A stretch of DNA of 52,289 nucleotides from a virus (taxonomy: Duplodnaviria > Caudoviricetes): positions 1-52,289 of IMG/VR virus record IMGVR_UViG_3300028840_003294. One strand, given 5' to 3'. Of this stretch, positions 43,175 to 51,415 are shown in pieces; within the stretch, counting starts at the first letter, position 1; each line of letters starts with the position of its first letter. A program made the position numbers and the translations under genes. The notes below the pieces were generated by a model. That model ran no database searches. It was not told the origin of the DNA and saw only the letters and a list, made by a program, of their open reading frames with translations.

Positions 43175-44844
43175 CGTACAAGCCTCAATTTTCTGGACGG
43201 CGCCAGTCCATAACGCGGCCGGGAGATTGGCCGAACGTCCACCCTGTCAGAATCTCCGGTTTGATCCCATACAGCGTGTGGGTTGAGTGTCCTGTCTTCG
43301 TCGGTTGCGTACCAGTATTCGACGTGCATTGGGAAGGTGTCGGCCAGCGCCGGCGATTCTCCAATGACCTTCCCATCGGGTCCGATATTGAGGTTACATA
43401 GGTGGGAAACCACCGGCTCATGCTCCGGTTGTAGCACATAAAACTGATGGGCTGCAACATACGGCTGGAAACGATCGAGGATTCTGAATCCTTTTCGCTG
43501 CCCCCGGGACTGGAAAGGTTTCACATGAAACATTTCTCCGCGGCGCCGCATTTCTTGGATGAGCCACTGTTCGACCCACACTTGCATCGCGTCTTTCTCG
43601 ACAATCAGAAAATCGACGTTCCACTTTGCGCCCATTTCGAGAAACAGTTCGATTTGTCTGTGTGGCTCCGCAACCCCGTGCCACCAGTCGCAAAGGCACC
43701 CGAGCTTCATTGGCGGGAGCCACCAACAGACCGTCATGCCGGCCTTGTCGGTGTCTTTGCTCATGCCGCCGGTTGGGTCCAGCGCGGCCGTCACAACGCC
43801 GCGGGACCAGGGATAGGAGACGCCGTCAATGATGACGCGAGCCGGCTTTGCAGAGCGCCCATATTCGAGGCTGTATTCGCCAAAGTCTTCGCGGCGAAAC
43901 TTCCGCGTCCCTTCGGGGATGAGAATGTTGAGCATTTGGTGAGAGTAGACGTACTCGCCCATCGTCTCTTTGTCTCGGGCAAGGCCCTCGACTGTGCGGC
44001 GCTCAGGAAAGATCGGCTGGCCGTCCTCCCACCGGAGCTCTCGATTTGGCTCGAGCACGCGCTCGTCAATGTACTCCTGCGGTAAAAGTCCAGGGTCCAA
44101 GCCGACGAGCTCAAGGAAGGCGTTGAATCGCTCATCGACATCGCAGCCGAGCACGAGCCTGTGAAAACGCTCGTTTCTCAGAAGGGTTTCATACCAGCCG
44201 TTCTCGCCACCGGGCCAAAGCGTACCAAGGATAATGAGCAGCGAATTTTCGTCCTCGAAAAGCGGGTTGATCGTTTGCAGGAAATTCACCGCGGTCGCCA
44301 TGACGACTTCTGATTGTGCCGCCTTGAACTCGATGGCGTCGTCCACGATGATGATGTCGAAGTGGCCCCCGGTCACGCCGGTTGCGATGCCCGCCAGCTT
44401 GACGGACGGCTCTGCATAAATGCCCGAGCGGTTGACTGTGAATTCTGTCATCGTCCCGAGCTCGCCCGCCGGGATCAAGTCCCCGAAATACGTTCGCATC
44501 GGTTCCGACTTGAGCACCTCTCGGAGCTTTCGCCCCTTCTCTCGGGCCATGTCCGAGTTGTGCATGATGACGAGGATTCTGACATTGGGGTTGTTAATCA
44601 GCGCGTGGACAATGAGGGCGATGTGGAGAAAAGAGGTTTTGAAGTGGCCGCGGGGGACGAGACAAAGAAACCATTTGTGGCCGGCCCGAAGGCCCTTGTT
44701 GAACCAAATCTCGAGACCGAGGTGAAGAATTTGTGAGAGCTCTGTGAATCCGCAGAGATACCAAGCGCACCAGTAGAGCGATCGCCTGCACCGCGCTCTG
44801 ACTTTTTCAATCTTTTCCGCGTCGGGTAATTTGCGCGATTTCAT
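43171..44844 (-). CDS. terL: Terminase large subunit
   Basis: VPRGHFKTS, TGGHFDIIIVDD, ILGTLW, LDP nuclease motif. Confidence 0.92.
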   Translation of the reverse strand: MKSRKLPDAEKIEKVRARCRRSLYWCAWYLCGFTELSQILHLGLEIWFNKGLRAGHKWFLCLVPRGHFKTSFLHIALIVHALINNPNVRILVIMHNSDMAREKGRKLREVLKSEPMRTYFGDLIPAGELGTMTEFTVNRSGIYAEPSVKLAGIATGVTGGHFDIIIVDDAIEFKAAQSEVVMATAVNFLQTINPLFEDENSLLIILGTLWPGGENGWYETLLRNERFHRLVLGCDVDERFNAFLELVGLDPGLLPQEYIDERVLEPNRELRWEDGQPIFPERRTVEGLARDKETMGEYVYSHQMLNILIPEGTRKFRREDFGEYSLEYGRSAKPARVIIDGVSYPWSRGVVTAALDPTGGMSKDTDKAGMTVCWWLPPMKLGCLCDWWHGVAEPHRQIELFLEMGAKWNVDFLIVEKDAMQVWVEQWLIQEMRRRGEMFHVKPFQSRGQRKGFRILDRFQPYVAAHQFYVLQPEHEPVVSHLCNLNIGPDGKVIGESPALADTFPMHVEYWYATDEDRTLNPHAVWDQTGDSDRVDVRPISRPRYGLAPSRKLRLVR

Positions 44845-45404
44845 GCCGCATCTTCGCCGGTGTACTCGGGGCCGAGCGTGCTGCCGATCATGGCCTCGAG
44901 ATATGAGCTTTCTTTTTCGGCCTCGTCGAACGCATCGCGGAGGTGGGGAGGAATCATCTCACGTATTTTGCCACTATCACGCGAAGAGAGGAAAACCTTC
45001 GTCCACTCAAGCAGAGCCTTCGCCGCCTTTTCTTTGTCCCCCTGGCCGGCGTCGGGGTCGTTCAGCATGTCAACCCACATCTGGATAGCCTTCGGCGTGC
45101 CTTGGGAAACGAGCTCGAGGACCGTCATTTGATTGCGGAGATACGAGGCGAAGGCGTCGGCCGCGAATTTCTTCGTCCAGCTTTCCCACTCCTCTTGATT
45201 CCGCTCGTAGGTTTTTCTTGACTCTCCCGGCTCGAGGCCAAGAATCTTATCAATCAAGCTGAAGGGTTTTTTTCTGAAGGTATGGAGAACACAAACCACT
45301 TCAATTCTCAGGGCGGCGCGGTCGATTTGCTCTGATGTGCCCATGTCCGAAGAATAACATAGGGCACAAAAATCCCCGGCGCAATCAGATGGGTGTCGAG
45401 CCAC
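44841..45404 (-). CDS. Putative terminase small subunit (start may be 45344)
   Basis: Immediately upstream of and coupled to terL; HTH-like plus helical region. Confidence 0.55.
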   Translation of the reverse strand: MARHPSDCAGDFCALCYSSDMGTSEQIDRAALRIEVVCVLHTFRKKPFSLIDKILGLEPGESRKTYERNQEEWESWTKKFAADAFASYLRNQMTVLELVSQGTPKAIQMWVDMLNDPDAGQGDKEKAAKALLEWTKVFLSSRDSGKIREMIPPHLRDAFDEAEKESSYLEAMIGSTLGPEYTGEDAA

Positions 45405-45455
45405 AAGCCGTTGCCCCTGAGTGAAATTTAGGGGCTGCGCCGGGGAAAGTTATTT

Positions 45456-45707
45456 TTACGTTCCTGGTTTTCCGAAAATCCCATCAAACGCGACGAGGGT
45501 CTTGCTCAACTTCAAAGACTCCCCGGCCTCTTCCGCGCTCGCAAGAATGTCCTTGATCTTTTCGGCGTGGTCGGGGTGATAGACGAGCATGGACCCGACT
45601 TGCTTGTGTTCGTAGATCGGTTCTGACTTTGGTTTCGGCAGGAACGGCGCCACCGCCGCGCCTGCCAGCGTTGCGAGAAATCCTCGTCGGTTCAGTTTAC
45701 TTGCCAT
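45456..45707 (-). CDS. Small protein with twin-arginine (Tat)-like N-terminus
   Basis: LNRRGFLATLAGAAVAP. Confidence 0.65.
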   Translation of the reverse strand: MASKLNRRGFLATLAGAAVAPFLPKPKSEPIYEHKQVGSMLVYHPDHAEKIKDILASAEEAGESLKLSKTLVAFDGIFGKPGT

Positions 45708-45907
45708 TGGATGTTCTCCTGTCCAACGAGCTCCTCCGCGGCAGACTCAAAATCCCACCGCTCTAGCATGGCGTCGAGCTCTGCGATTAGCGCCGTCGCG
45801 GCCTGAAGAACTTCGAGCCAGTCTTCCGCCGACCCGGGGCGCCGGCCGTGTTCGGCCCGAAAATCCTTCGCGCATCTTCGCAACAGCTTATTTGTCGGCT
45901 TGCTCAT
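45692..45907 (-). CDS. Hypothetical protein
   Basis: MSKPTNKLLRRC...; overlap packing. Confidence 0.6.
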   Translation of the reverse strand: MSKPTNKLLRRCAKDFRAEHGRRPGSAEDWLEVLQAATALIAELDAMLERWDFESAAEELVGQENIQWQVN

Positions 45908-46178
45908 CGCTGAAAAGCCCACGGTTGCCGAGCCGATAATCGTCGATGTCATCGAGGATCGTCTTGCGTTGTTTGCGGAGCGCCTTGAGCCGGTCTGCAA
46001 AATCTCTTGCTGTGTCTTTTTTGTCAGCCTCGACCGCGATGAGCTGCCGGTCGATCCGCTCGAGCTCTTGGAAGAACTCCCGCAAGCCAGCGTCCTCGCC
46101 TTCGCCCTCTTCTTCTGCGAGCGCGGCCTCTTCGGCCTCGAGCTCGGCAGCTTCTTCCGGGGTCAACTCTACAATCAT
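45888..46178 (-). CDS. Acidic coiled-coil protein
   Basis: AAGGAG RBS; EADKKDTARDFADRLK. Confidence 0.7.
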   Translation of the reverse strand: MIVELTPEEAAELEAEEAALAEEEGEGEDAGLREFFQELERIDRQLIAVEADKKDTARDFADRLKALRKQRKTILDDIDDYRLGNRGLFSDEQADK

Positions 46179-46191
46179 TTGCCTGCTCCTT

Positions 46192-46371
46192 TTAGATTTT
46201 CCGGAAGACGTCCGAAACCTTCCGGTTTTTGATTGACGGCTTCGGTGCCGGGTTGAACTTCATGTCACTCCCGCACTTCGGGCACGCGAGAGGGTGACTT
46301 CTCATCGCCACCGATCGCGCCCGGGTTACGGCGTTGTCACACTTTTCGCAGCGGTACTCATATAGCGGCAA
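46192..46371 (-). CDS. FmdB-family zinc-ribbon protein (59 aa; not in ORF track)
   Basis: TTG start, GAGGTG RBS; MPLYEYRCEKC...ACPKCGS. Confidence 0.8.
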   Translation of the reverse strand: MPLYEYRCEKCDNAVTRARSVAMRSHPLACPKCGSDMKFNPAPKPSIKNRKVSDVFRKI

Positions 46372-46657
46372 TTTTCACCTCCTCTGCCGTGATTTTAGCG
46401 GCTTTCAAATAGGCATCGCAAGCCTCGGGGCAGATGTCGAAAATCTTGTGGAGGATTTTTCGCAGTTCCTCGTAAGCGGCGTTCGCAACCTTGCCGTCCG
46501 CTGCAATTCGAATCAGCTCTCGATAGTGTTCGGAATCGACGATCGAGAATTTTGCCTCGGCCGCATTGACTCGACGAAACATGAGCATGTTCTTGTCGTC
46601 CGGGTCAACGAGGTCGTGGCCTATTTCTTCGACGTGGGTGATCGCGTCCAATTTCAT
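46358..46657 (-). CDS. Hypothetical protein
   Basis: GGAGG RBS, ATGA coupling. Confidence 0.65.
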   Translation of the reverse strand: MKLDAITHVEEIGHDLVDPDDKNMLMFRRVNAAEAKFSIVDSEHYRELIRIAADGKVANAAYEELRKILHKIFDICPEACDAYLKAAKITAEEVKIAAI

Positions 46658-46914
46658 TTCCTCCCCTTCCTGTGTGCCGCTGCATTCGGACACGTTGCAA
46701 AGTGAGATCGAAAAACCTCAATCAATGGAACTGCCCCCTGTTCGTTCGGGGGCGGTGACTTCATTACGAACCCGGGCCGGCCGTGAATCTTGACCACAAC
46801 GTTCTCCCCGGGCATTGGCGTCCAATACGCCCCCGGGACATCGACCGGGTTGAGCTTGCCGGATTCCATTTTGATGAATTCAATCGGGGCGCCGCAAGAT
46901 TTACAATTTGTCAT
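46654..46914 (-). CDS. Zn-binding phage protein
   Basis: CKSCGAPI...GKLNPVD...SHFATC. Confidence 0.75.
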   Translation of the reverse strand: MTNCKSCGAPIEFIKMESGKLNPVDVPGAYWTPMPGENVVVKIHGRPGFVMKSPPPNEQGAVPLIEVFRSHFATCPNAAAHRKGRK

Positions 46915-47357
46915 CGTCGCCTCCACCCGTGCCCGTTGCAGGAGGGGCATTCGCTGACACCAGCCTGTGGAGTGTGCGTGCCAGCGATGTACATCCCGCC
47001 CTCACATTCATCGCGCTCACACCGCACGATGCCGAGTGCTTTCTTTAGAACCTCCAGCATAACCCGCTTGAGATAGTCCGGGGCACTGTTAACCATCGAC
47101 CAAAGCAAGTCGATCTGTTCGGTGGTGATGGTGATAGACTCGTTCCAGATTTTCAGCCGCTCGTCGTTCTGCTTCTCCAGCTCCTCGATGCGGTTCCTTT
47201 GTTCTTCGTCAATCATCCTTGCCGCCATCAGGTCCGTCCGCAACCGCTTAATCTCGTCATGCTGCTCGGCTATGATCTCTCCAAGTTTGGCGTTGTCGTC
47301 GTTCAGCCGCTTTTCTTCCCGGCTCGGATAGTCCGCTTGAAACACGCCGTCACTCAT
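46911..47357 (-). CDS. Coiled-coil protein with DnaJ-like CxxCxG motifs
   Basis: CERDECEGG...CPSCNGHG. Confidence 0.7.
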   Translation of the reverse strand: MSDGVFQADYPSREEKRLNDDNAKLGEIIAEQHDEIKRLRTDLMAARMIDEEQRNRIEELEKQNDERLKIWNESITITTEQIDLLWSMVNSAPDYLKRVMLEVLKKALGIVRCERDECEGGMYIAGTHTPQAGVSECPSCNGHGWRRR

Positions 47358-47614
47358 CGTCGCCTCCACCTTCCAAGAATTTCTGCCACCATTTCAGACG
47401 GACTCGGCTCAGTTGAAACGGGCTGTCCAGCGGCGTTGGGTGTCTGTTCGCTTGGACTGTAGGGCATGACCTCGTTAACAACGGATTCCAGTTCTTCCCG
47501 CAGCCGCTCGATCTCGTCGGCTGCCCTCCACTGGTGCGTTTCCTCGTGTGGCATCTCCTCAATTCTGGATCTCTCACGAGCCACGCGGCGCAAGATTTTA
47601 ACAATGTCACTCAT
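47354..47614 (-). CDS. Hypothetical protein
   Basis: AADEIERLR motif; ATGA coupling. Confidence 0.7.
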   Translation of the reverse strand: MSDIVKILRRVARERSRIEEMPHEETHQWRAADEIERLREELESVVNEVMPYSPSEQTPNAAGQPVSTEPSPSEMVAEILGRWRRR

Positions 47615-47859
47615 CGGCCCCCCACAGGGGGGGCTAAGGGTGTGGATCTCAGGTTGGAGTATCGCTTGGATTCAATCGCAGTTCGGCATGACTGAAGCTC
47701 GTCCAATAGCTGTAGAGTCGCTTCCCAATCGAGCCTGATAGCCGCAACCTTTTTTTCATCTTCTGCCACACAGGCTTGTAGACCGTCTTCCAAAAACCTG
47801 AAAGTCAGAAGCGCCCTGTTTTTCTCGTCAACCGCGATAACCGACAAATCAATCATCAT
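47611..47859 (-). CDS. Hypothetical protein
   Basis: GGAGG RBS, ATGA coupling. Confidence 0.6.
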   Translation of the reverse strand: MMIDLSVIAVDEKNRALLTFRFLEDGLQACVAEDEKKVAAIRLDWEATLQLLDELQSCRTAIESKRYSNLRSTPLAPPVGGR

Positions 47860-48236
47860 CCCTCCTCGGCGCTCGATAAAAATTTGTAGTGGCTCTGGCT
47901 TTCTTTGACGTCGAGATGCGGGCACACCCTCCAAGTGACGACTTCATACGTGTCGTAGGTGACGGGAAAAGTCTCAAGCACCCAAGCCGGGAAAAACGTT
48001 TTTTTGAAGTGCTGCCACCACGTTCGCGGGCAACGAATTTTCGTTACGCGCTCTTTTCTTCCCGCAACATCCACCATCATCGACACAAGGATCTCGTCTC
48101 GCATGAAATCGCGGCTCTCGTGAACTTTGACTTTTCGAAGCATCGTTGGGTCGATCGTGACGTCCACCTGTCGTCTGACCTTCTCGAACGCCTCTTGAAG
48201 AATCGTCCCGGTCGCGTATGGGCTCATCGCCATCAT
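47856..48236 (-). CDS. Hypothetical protein
   Basis: PRTWWQHFKKTFFP motif; coupled. Confidence 0.7.
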   Translation of the reverse strand: MMAMSPYATGTILQEAFEKVRRQVDVTIDPTMLRKVKVHESRDFMRDEILVSMMVDVAGRKERVTKIRCPRTWWQHFKKTFFPAWVLETFPVTYDTYEVVTWRVCPHLDVKESQSHYKFLSSAEEG

Positions 48237-49084
48237 CCCGCCCCCTTCAACCACTCCTCGAACGGGGGAGCCTTCCGCGGCGGAAAATCACCCGCAGCGT
48301 CGGAATACTCCTCCCATCGACTGTGATTCCCGAATTTGTTCCGATCGCTCTCTCGCACCGTGTCGTACAACCAGCCCCCTTCGGCCGTGGGCCGGGAAAC
48401 CCCCACCCGCTGCTTCGCCCCGTCTTCGTTCCGTCGCGTGATCCACGTCCCCACCGCCGCCTTCCACGACTTCATCTTGTTCTTCCCCACCATCCAACCC
48501 TTCGACTCGTAAAAGTCCACGAACGCCTGCGGGTCGATCCGCGTCTCCCCCCTCTCCTCCAAATACCCCCGAACCTCATCCACCGACGGCGGCTTGAATA
48601 CACTCCGTTTCTTCTTCTTCTTAGGAGTATTGTCATCTACATCTACATATACACTTACAGGTACAGGGTCCACTTCCTGTCCGACTTTGTCCACCCCATG
48701 TCCACCACTGTCCACCAATGTCCCCCTCTGTCTCCTCTTGTCCTCTGCCCACTTCATTCTCTGCGACTCTCGAGCCTGCTTCTTCCGGTAATACTCGTAA
48801 TTCACCACCCGCCACCTGTTCGGACCCTCCGGAACCAAACGCCTCCCCCCGTGATCCGGACTCGTGCTGTGCTCATCAGGGCCCGTCAAGACCTCCAACG
48901 CCGAACGGGTCTCCTCGAGCTCCATATTCGCTAACCGCGCCATGCTCTCGACCGTCCCCCGAAAACACCCCTCGCTGTCACACCGCAACAGACACACCGT
49001 AAACAGCTTCCATACTGCCGGCGGGTGCTCGTTGATCGTTGAAAAAAGCATGTCATCCCACAGCATTACGAAATGTGGAGTCAC
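48233..49084 (-). CDS. Replication initiator / replisome organiser
   Basis: N-terminal wHTH-like region ending WRVVNYEYYR; C-terminal FKPPSVDEV...FVDFYESKGWMVGKNKMKSWKAAV; GTGA coupling. Confidence 0.8.
   Translation of the reverse strand: MTPHFVMLWDDMLFSTINEHPPAVWKLFTVCLLRCDSEGCFRGTVESMARLANMELEETRSALEVLTGPDEHSTSPDHGGRRLVPEGPNRWRVVNYEYYRKKQARESQRMKWAEDKRRQRGTLVDSGGHGVDKVGQEVDPVPVSVYVDVDDNTPKKKKKRSVFKPPSVDEVRGYLEERGETRIDPQAFVDFYESKGWMVGKNKMKSWKAAVGTWITRRNEDGAKQRVGVSRPTAEGGWLYDTVRESDRNKFGNHSRWEEYSDAAGDFPPRKAPPFEEWLKGAG
48605..48745. repeat. Putative replication origin: phased TGTCC iterons plus AT-rich tract
   Basis: TGTCC-like units at 48667, 48678, 48688, 48699, 48709, 48719, 48729, 48739. 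Confidence 0.7.
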
Positions 49085-49281
49085 GACGGCTCCTCCATTT
49101 CTGATTCCTGCTCGAGAACCATGAACCGCTCCGCTGTGGCTGAATACGGGCGCGTCGATCGACTCTCCCACAACGCAATCGTCACAGGCGTAGTCTCCAA
49201 CATCTCCGCCAATTGCACTTGCGTCACCAACAATTTCAAACGTAGCGCCTTGACCCGCTGGCCCCACGTCATCTCGTCCAT
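49081..49281 (-). CDS. XRE-family HTH regulator (Cro-like)
   Basis: VKALRLKLLVTQVQLAEMLETTPVTIALWES...P. Confidence 0.85.
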   Translation of the reverse strand: MDEMTWGQRVKALRLKLLVTQVQLAEMLETTPVTIALWESRSTRPYSATAERFMVLEQESEMEEPS

Positions 49282-49547
49282 CAAAAACCCCTGAGATTCT
49301 GGCATTGAGAATAGCCTCCAACAACTTAAAAAGTCGGGCAAACTCTTTATAACCTCGTAAGCCCTAAAAGTCAATGGTTCCGGAAAATTATTTCCCACAA
49401 CTAAACTGCCACCCGATCGCCCAAATTTTTGCGTAAATTTCTGGAGGGGGAATAGTTCCCCCCCCGTGGGGCGCTCGTGGGGGTGGACGGGGCCCGGGTG
49501 TTGGTGCTTCGTCGTGGTGCCCGGGCTCCCGGTCGCGTCGATATCGA

Positions 49548-49575
49548 GGTTGACATAATAGCAGTTATCGGACGC
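49548..49575 (-). other. dif-like XerC/XerD recombination site
   Basis: - strand GCGTCCGATAA-CTGCTA-TTATGTCAACC (11-6-11), compared with E. coli dif GGTGCGCATAA-TGTATA-TTATGTTAAAT. Confidence 0.8.
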
Positions 49576-49832
49576 TAGCCCGCTAACCCGTGAAGACTCA
49601 ACGGCTTAACCCCTTGGGCCCGGGCTCCCAGTCTCAACTAAGGCAGGGTGGCGCCGAAACCGACCGCACCCGGGGCTCGACTCCCGCCCGGATGGTTGCT
49701 CCCGGGGGACTGGGGACCGCTGATCCTGAGATCCGGACCAGCCGAGCTCGCCGCGCTTGCGGTTCGGGAATCCTCTCCCCCTCACAAAGCCCGGGTTCGA
49801 GCGATGGCAGGGCGGGGAACGGATGAGAGATC

Positions 49833-49883
49833 CAATGACGTAGGGCGTCAGCATTTCACGTCACTCAATGACGCCCACCGTCA
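49833..49883. promoter_or_regulatory. Two palindromic operator/UAS boxes CAATGACG-N5-CGTCA
   Basis: TGACG-taggg-CGTCA (49836-49850) and TGACG-cccac-CGTCA (49869-49883), 33 bp apart. Confidence 0.75.
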
Positions 49884-49924
49884 CATTATTTGTAAACCTA
49901 CACCGTAAACAAAGGACTTAGCTG

Positions 49925-49941
49925 TTGGCATGGATTCTGCA
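49925..49941 (+). promoter_or_regulatory. Sigma54 (RpoN) -24/-12 promoter
   Basis: TTGGCATGGATTCTGCA with exact GG-N10-GC spacing; IHF-like AACAAAGGACTTA just upstream. Confidence 0.7.
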
Positions 49942-49992
49942 TATTCAATCAATGCGTTGTCAGAGACGCAAAAAACCAAAGGGGGTTCAATC

Positions 49993-50889
49993 ATGGGTTC
50001 GAAATTCTACAGTGAGAAAGCGGAACAGGCAGCGAACAAGATACTGGAGGCATTTGAGGAGCCCGGGAGGCTTCCCGCGGCATTGAAGGACATCGCCTTG
50101 CCAGCCACGGAGCGCCACGCGGGGAGTTACAGCATCAGGAATCAAATGTTGGTTTGGATAAACGGATACACGGACGCCGCGGGGTTCAAGCAATGGAAGA
50201 AGTACGGACGCGCCGTCCGCAAAGGCGAGCGCGGGTTCCCCATTCTCGCACCCGTGACCGCGACGTTTACCGCGAAGGATACCGACCCAGAGACGGGCAG
50301 AGAGATCGAGCACCCCGTGACCTACATCCGCGGATGGCGCCACGTTACCGTCTTCGGGATCGAGCAGACCGACATCGTGAATGAGGAGCTCTGGCAGAAA
50401 TACAGCGAAGCAGCGGCGAAGAATGCCGAGTTTCTCGAGAATCTCCCATGGGTCGAGGTGGCGCGGTCATGGAATCTCGCCTGCGGCGCCGACGGTCGCT
50501 TGCTCGAATACGGCGCCCGGGGTTGCTACACACACGGAAAAGCGATCGAAATCGGAGTAGAGAATCTCTCGACGTGGGCACACGAGCTCGTTCACGCGGC
50601 AGACGACCGCCTTGGAACGTTGACAAAGAAGTCCGGACAGCAGCCCGACAATGAGTTAGTTGCGGAGCTCGGAGGGGCTGTGCTGTGCCTCTGTGCCGGA
50701 CACGAGACCGAGGCGGACATCGGCGGAGCATGGGAGTACATCAAAGGCTATTCGAAAGACCCCGTCAAGGACGCCGGAAACCTCTTGTCTCGCATCGTAA
50801 CGGCCGTTGCTCTCATCATGGAACAAGCGAAGAACCCCGACGAGACCATTCCGGCCGTTAACCCCGAGCTCAAGACCAAAGCAGCGTAG
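49993..50889 (+). CDS. ardC: ArdC-like anti-restriction protein (ssDNA-binding N-domain plus zincin HExxH)
   Basis: YSIRNQMLV, GFKQWKKYGRAVRKGERG..ILAP, VFGIEQT, WAHELVH, ELVAELGG. Confidence 0.85.
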   Translation: MGSKFYSEKAEQAANKILEAFEEPGRLPAALKDIALPATERHAGSYSIRNQMLVWINGYTDAAGFKQWKKYGRAVRKGERGFPILAPVTATFTAKDTDPETGREIEHPVTYIRGWRHVTVFGIEQTDIVNEELWQKYSEAAAKNAEFLENLPWVEVARSWNLACGADGRLLEYGARGCYTHGKAIEIGVENLSTWAHELVHAADDRLGTLTKKSGQQPDNELVAELGGAVLCLCAGHETEADIGGAWEYIKGYSKDPVKDAGNLLSRIVTAVALIMEQAKNPDETIPAVNPELKTKAA

Positions 50890-50965
50890 CGGGCCCGTAG
50901 CAGCGCCCGCGGGGGCGTTGCCGCGGTCTCACTAACACCAGGGACCGAGAAGAGGAGCAGAGAAA
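50890..50965 (+). promoter_or_regulatory. Intergenic hairpin plus CGGTC-Nx-GACCGAGAA-RBS element (copy 1)
   Basis: gcagcgccc/gggcgttgc stem; cggtc at 50924; gaccgagaa at 50943. Confidence 0.6.
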
Positions 50966-51415
50966 ATGAAGCGAACAGGCACACCAGCCCGAACCGGAGC
51001 GCTTGACGGACTGAGACACCTACACAGGGACTTGACGAGATACGCGGGCGCCTGCAAACGGGTTGCCGACGAATACGAACAAATGGCGAGGAACAGCGAT
51101 GGATGGGACGACGCAGCAATGCGGCGCGCTCTTTTAGACGCGGGGCTTCAAAGAATCGAACAGCGGCGCGTGCTGTCATGGGCGACCGACCTACAAACGC
51201 TCATCGACGAGCAGACCCACGCGCCACGAGGCCAGGACGAGCTCGAAGCAGGGCATCTCGGGCGCCTAACCTCCGTGTTGACCGAGCTCCAGACAATTCA
51301 ATTTGAGACATCAGACGACGAGCTCGCCGCGGCGTTGAGCGCGCCGATTCGCGCCACCAGGGAGGCATGCGACCACATCAAACGAGCCCGGGAGCGCTCG
51401 ACGTGTGACCGATAG
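50966..51415 (+). CDS. Hypothetical helical early protein
   Basis: GAGGAG RBS. Confidence 0.7.
   Translation: MKRTGTPARTGALDGLRHLHRDLTRYAGACKRVADEYEQMARNSDGWDDAAMRRALLDAGLQRIEQRRVLSWATDLQTLIDEQTHAPRGQDELEAGHLGRLTSVLTELQTIQFETSDDELAAALSAPIRATREACDHIKRARERSTCDR

Noticed and set aside
11319-44800. Many + strand ORFs in the track opposite the structural genes (e.g. 21285..22187, 30012..30890, 38262..39104, 40428..41342)
   Set aside because: Antisense shadows of high-GC coding sequence with no recognisable motifs.
49590-49908. ORFs in the control region
   Set aside because: No convincing RBS, low-complexity translations, and they overlap regulatory motifs.
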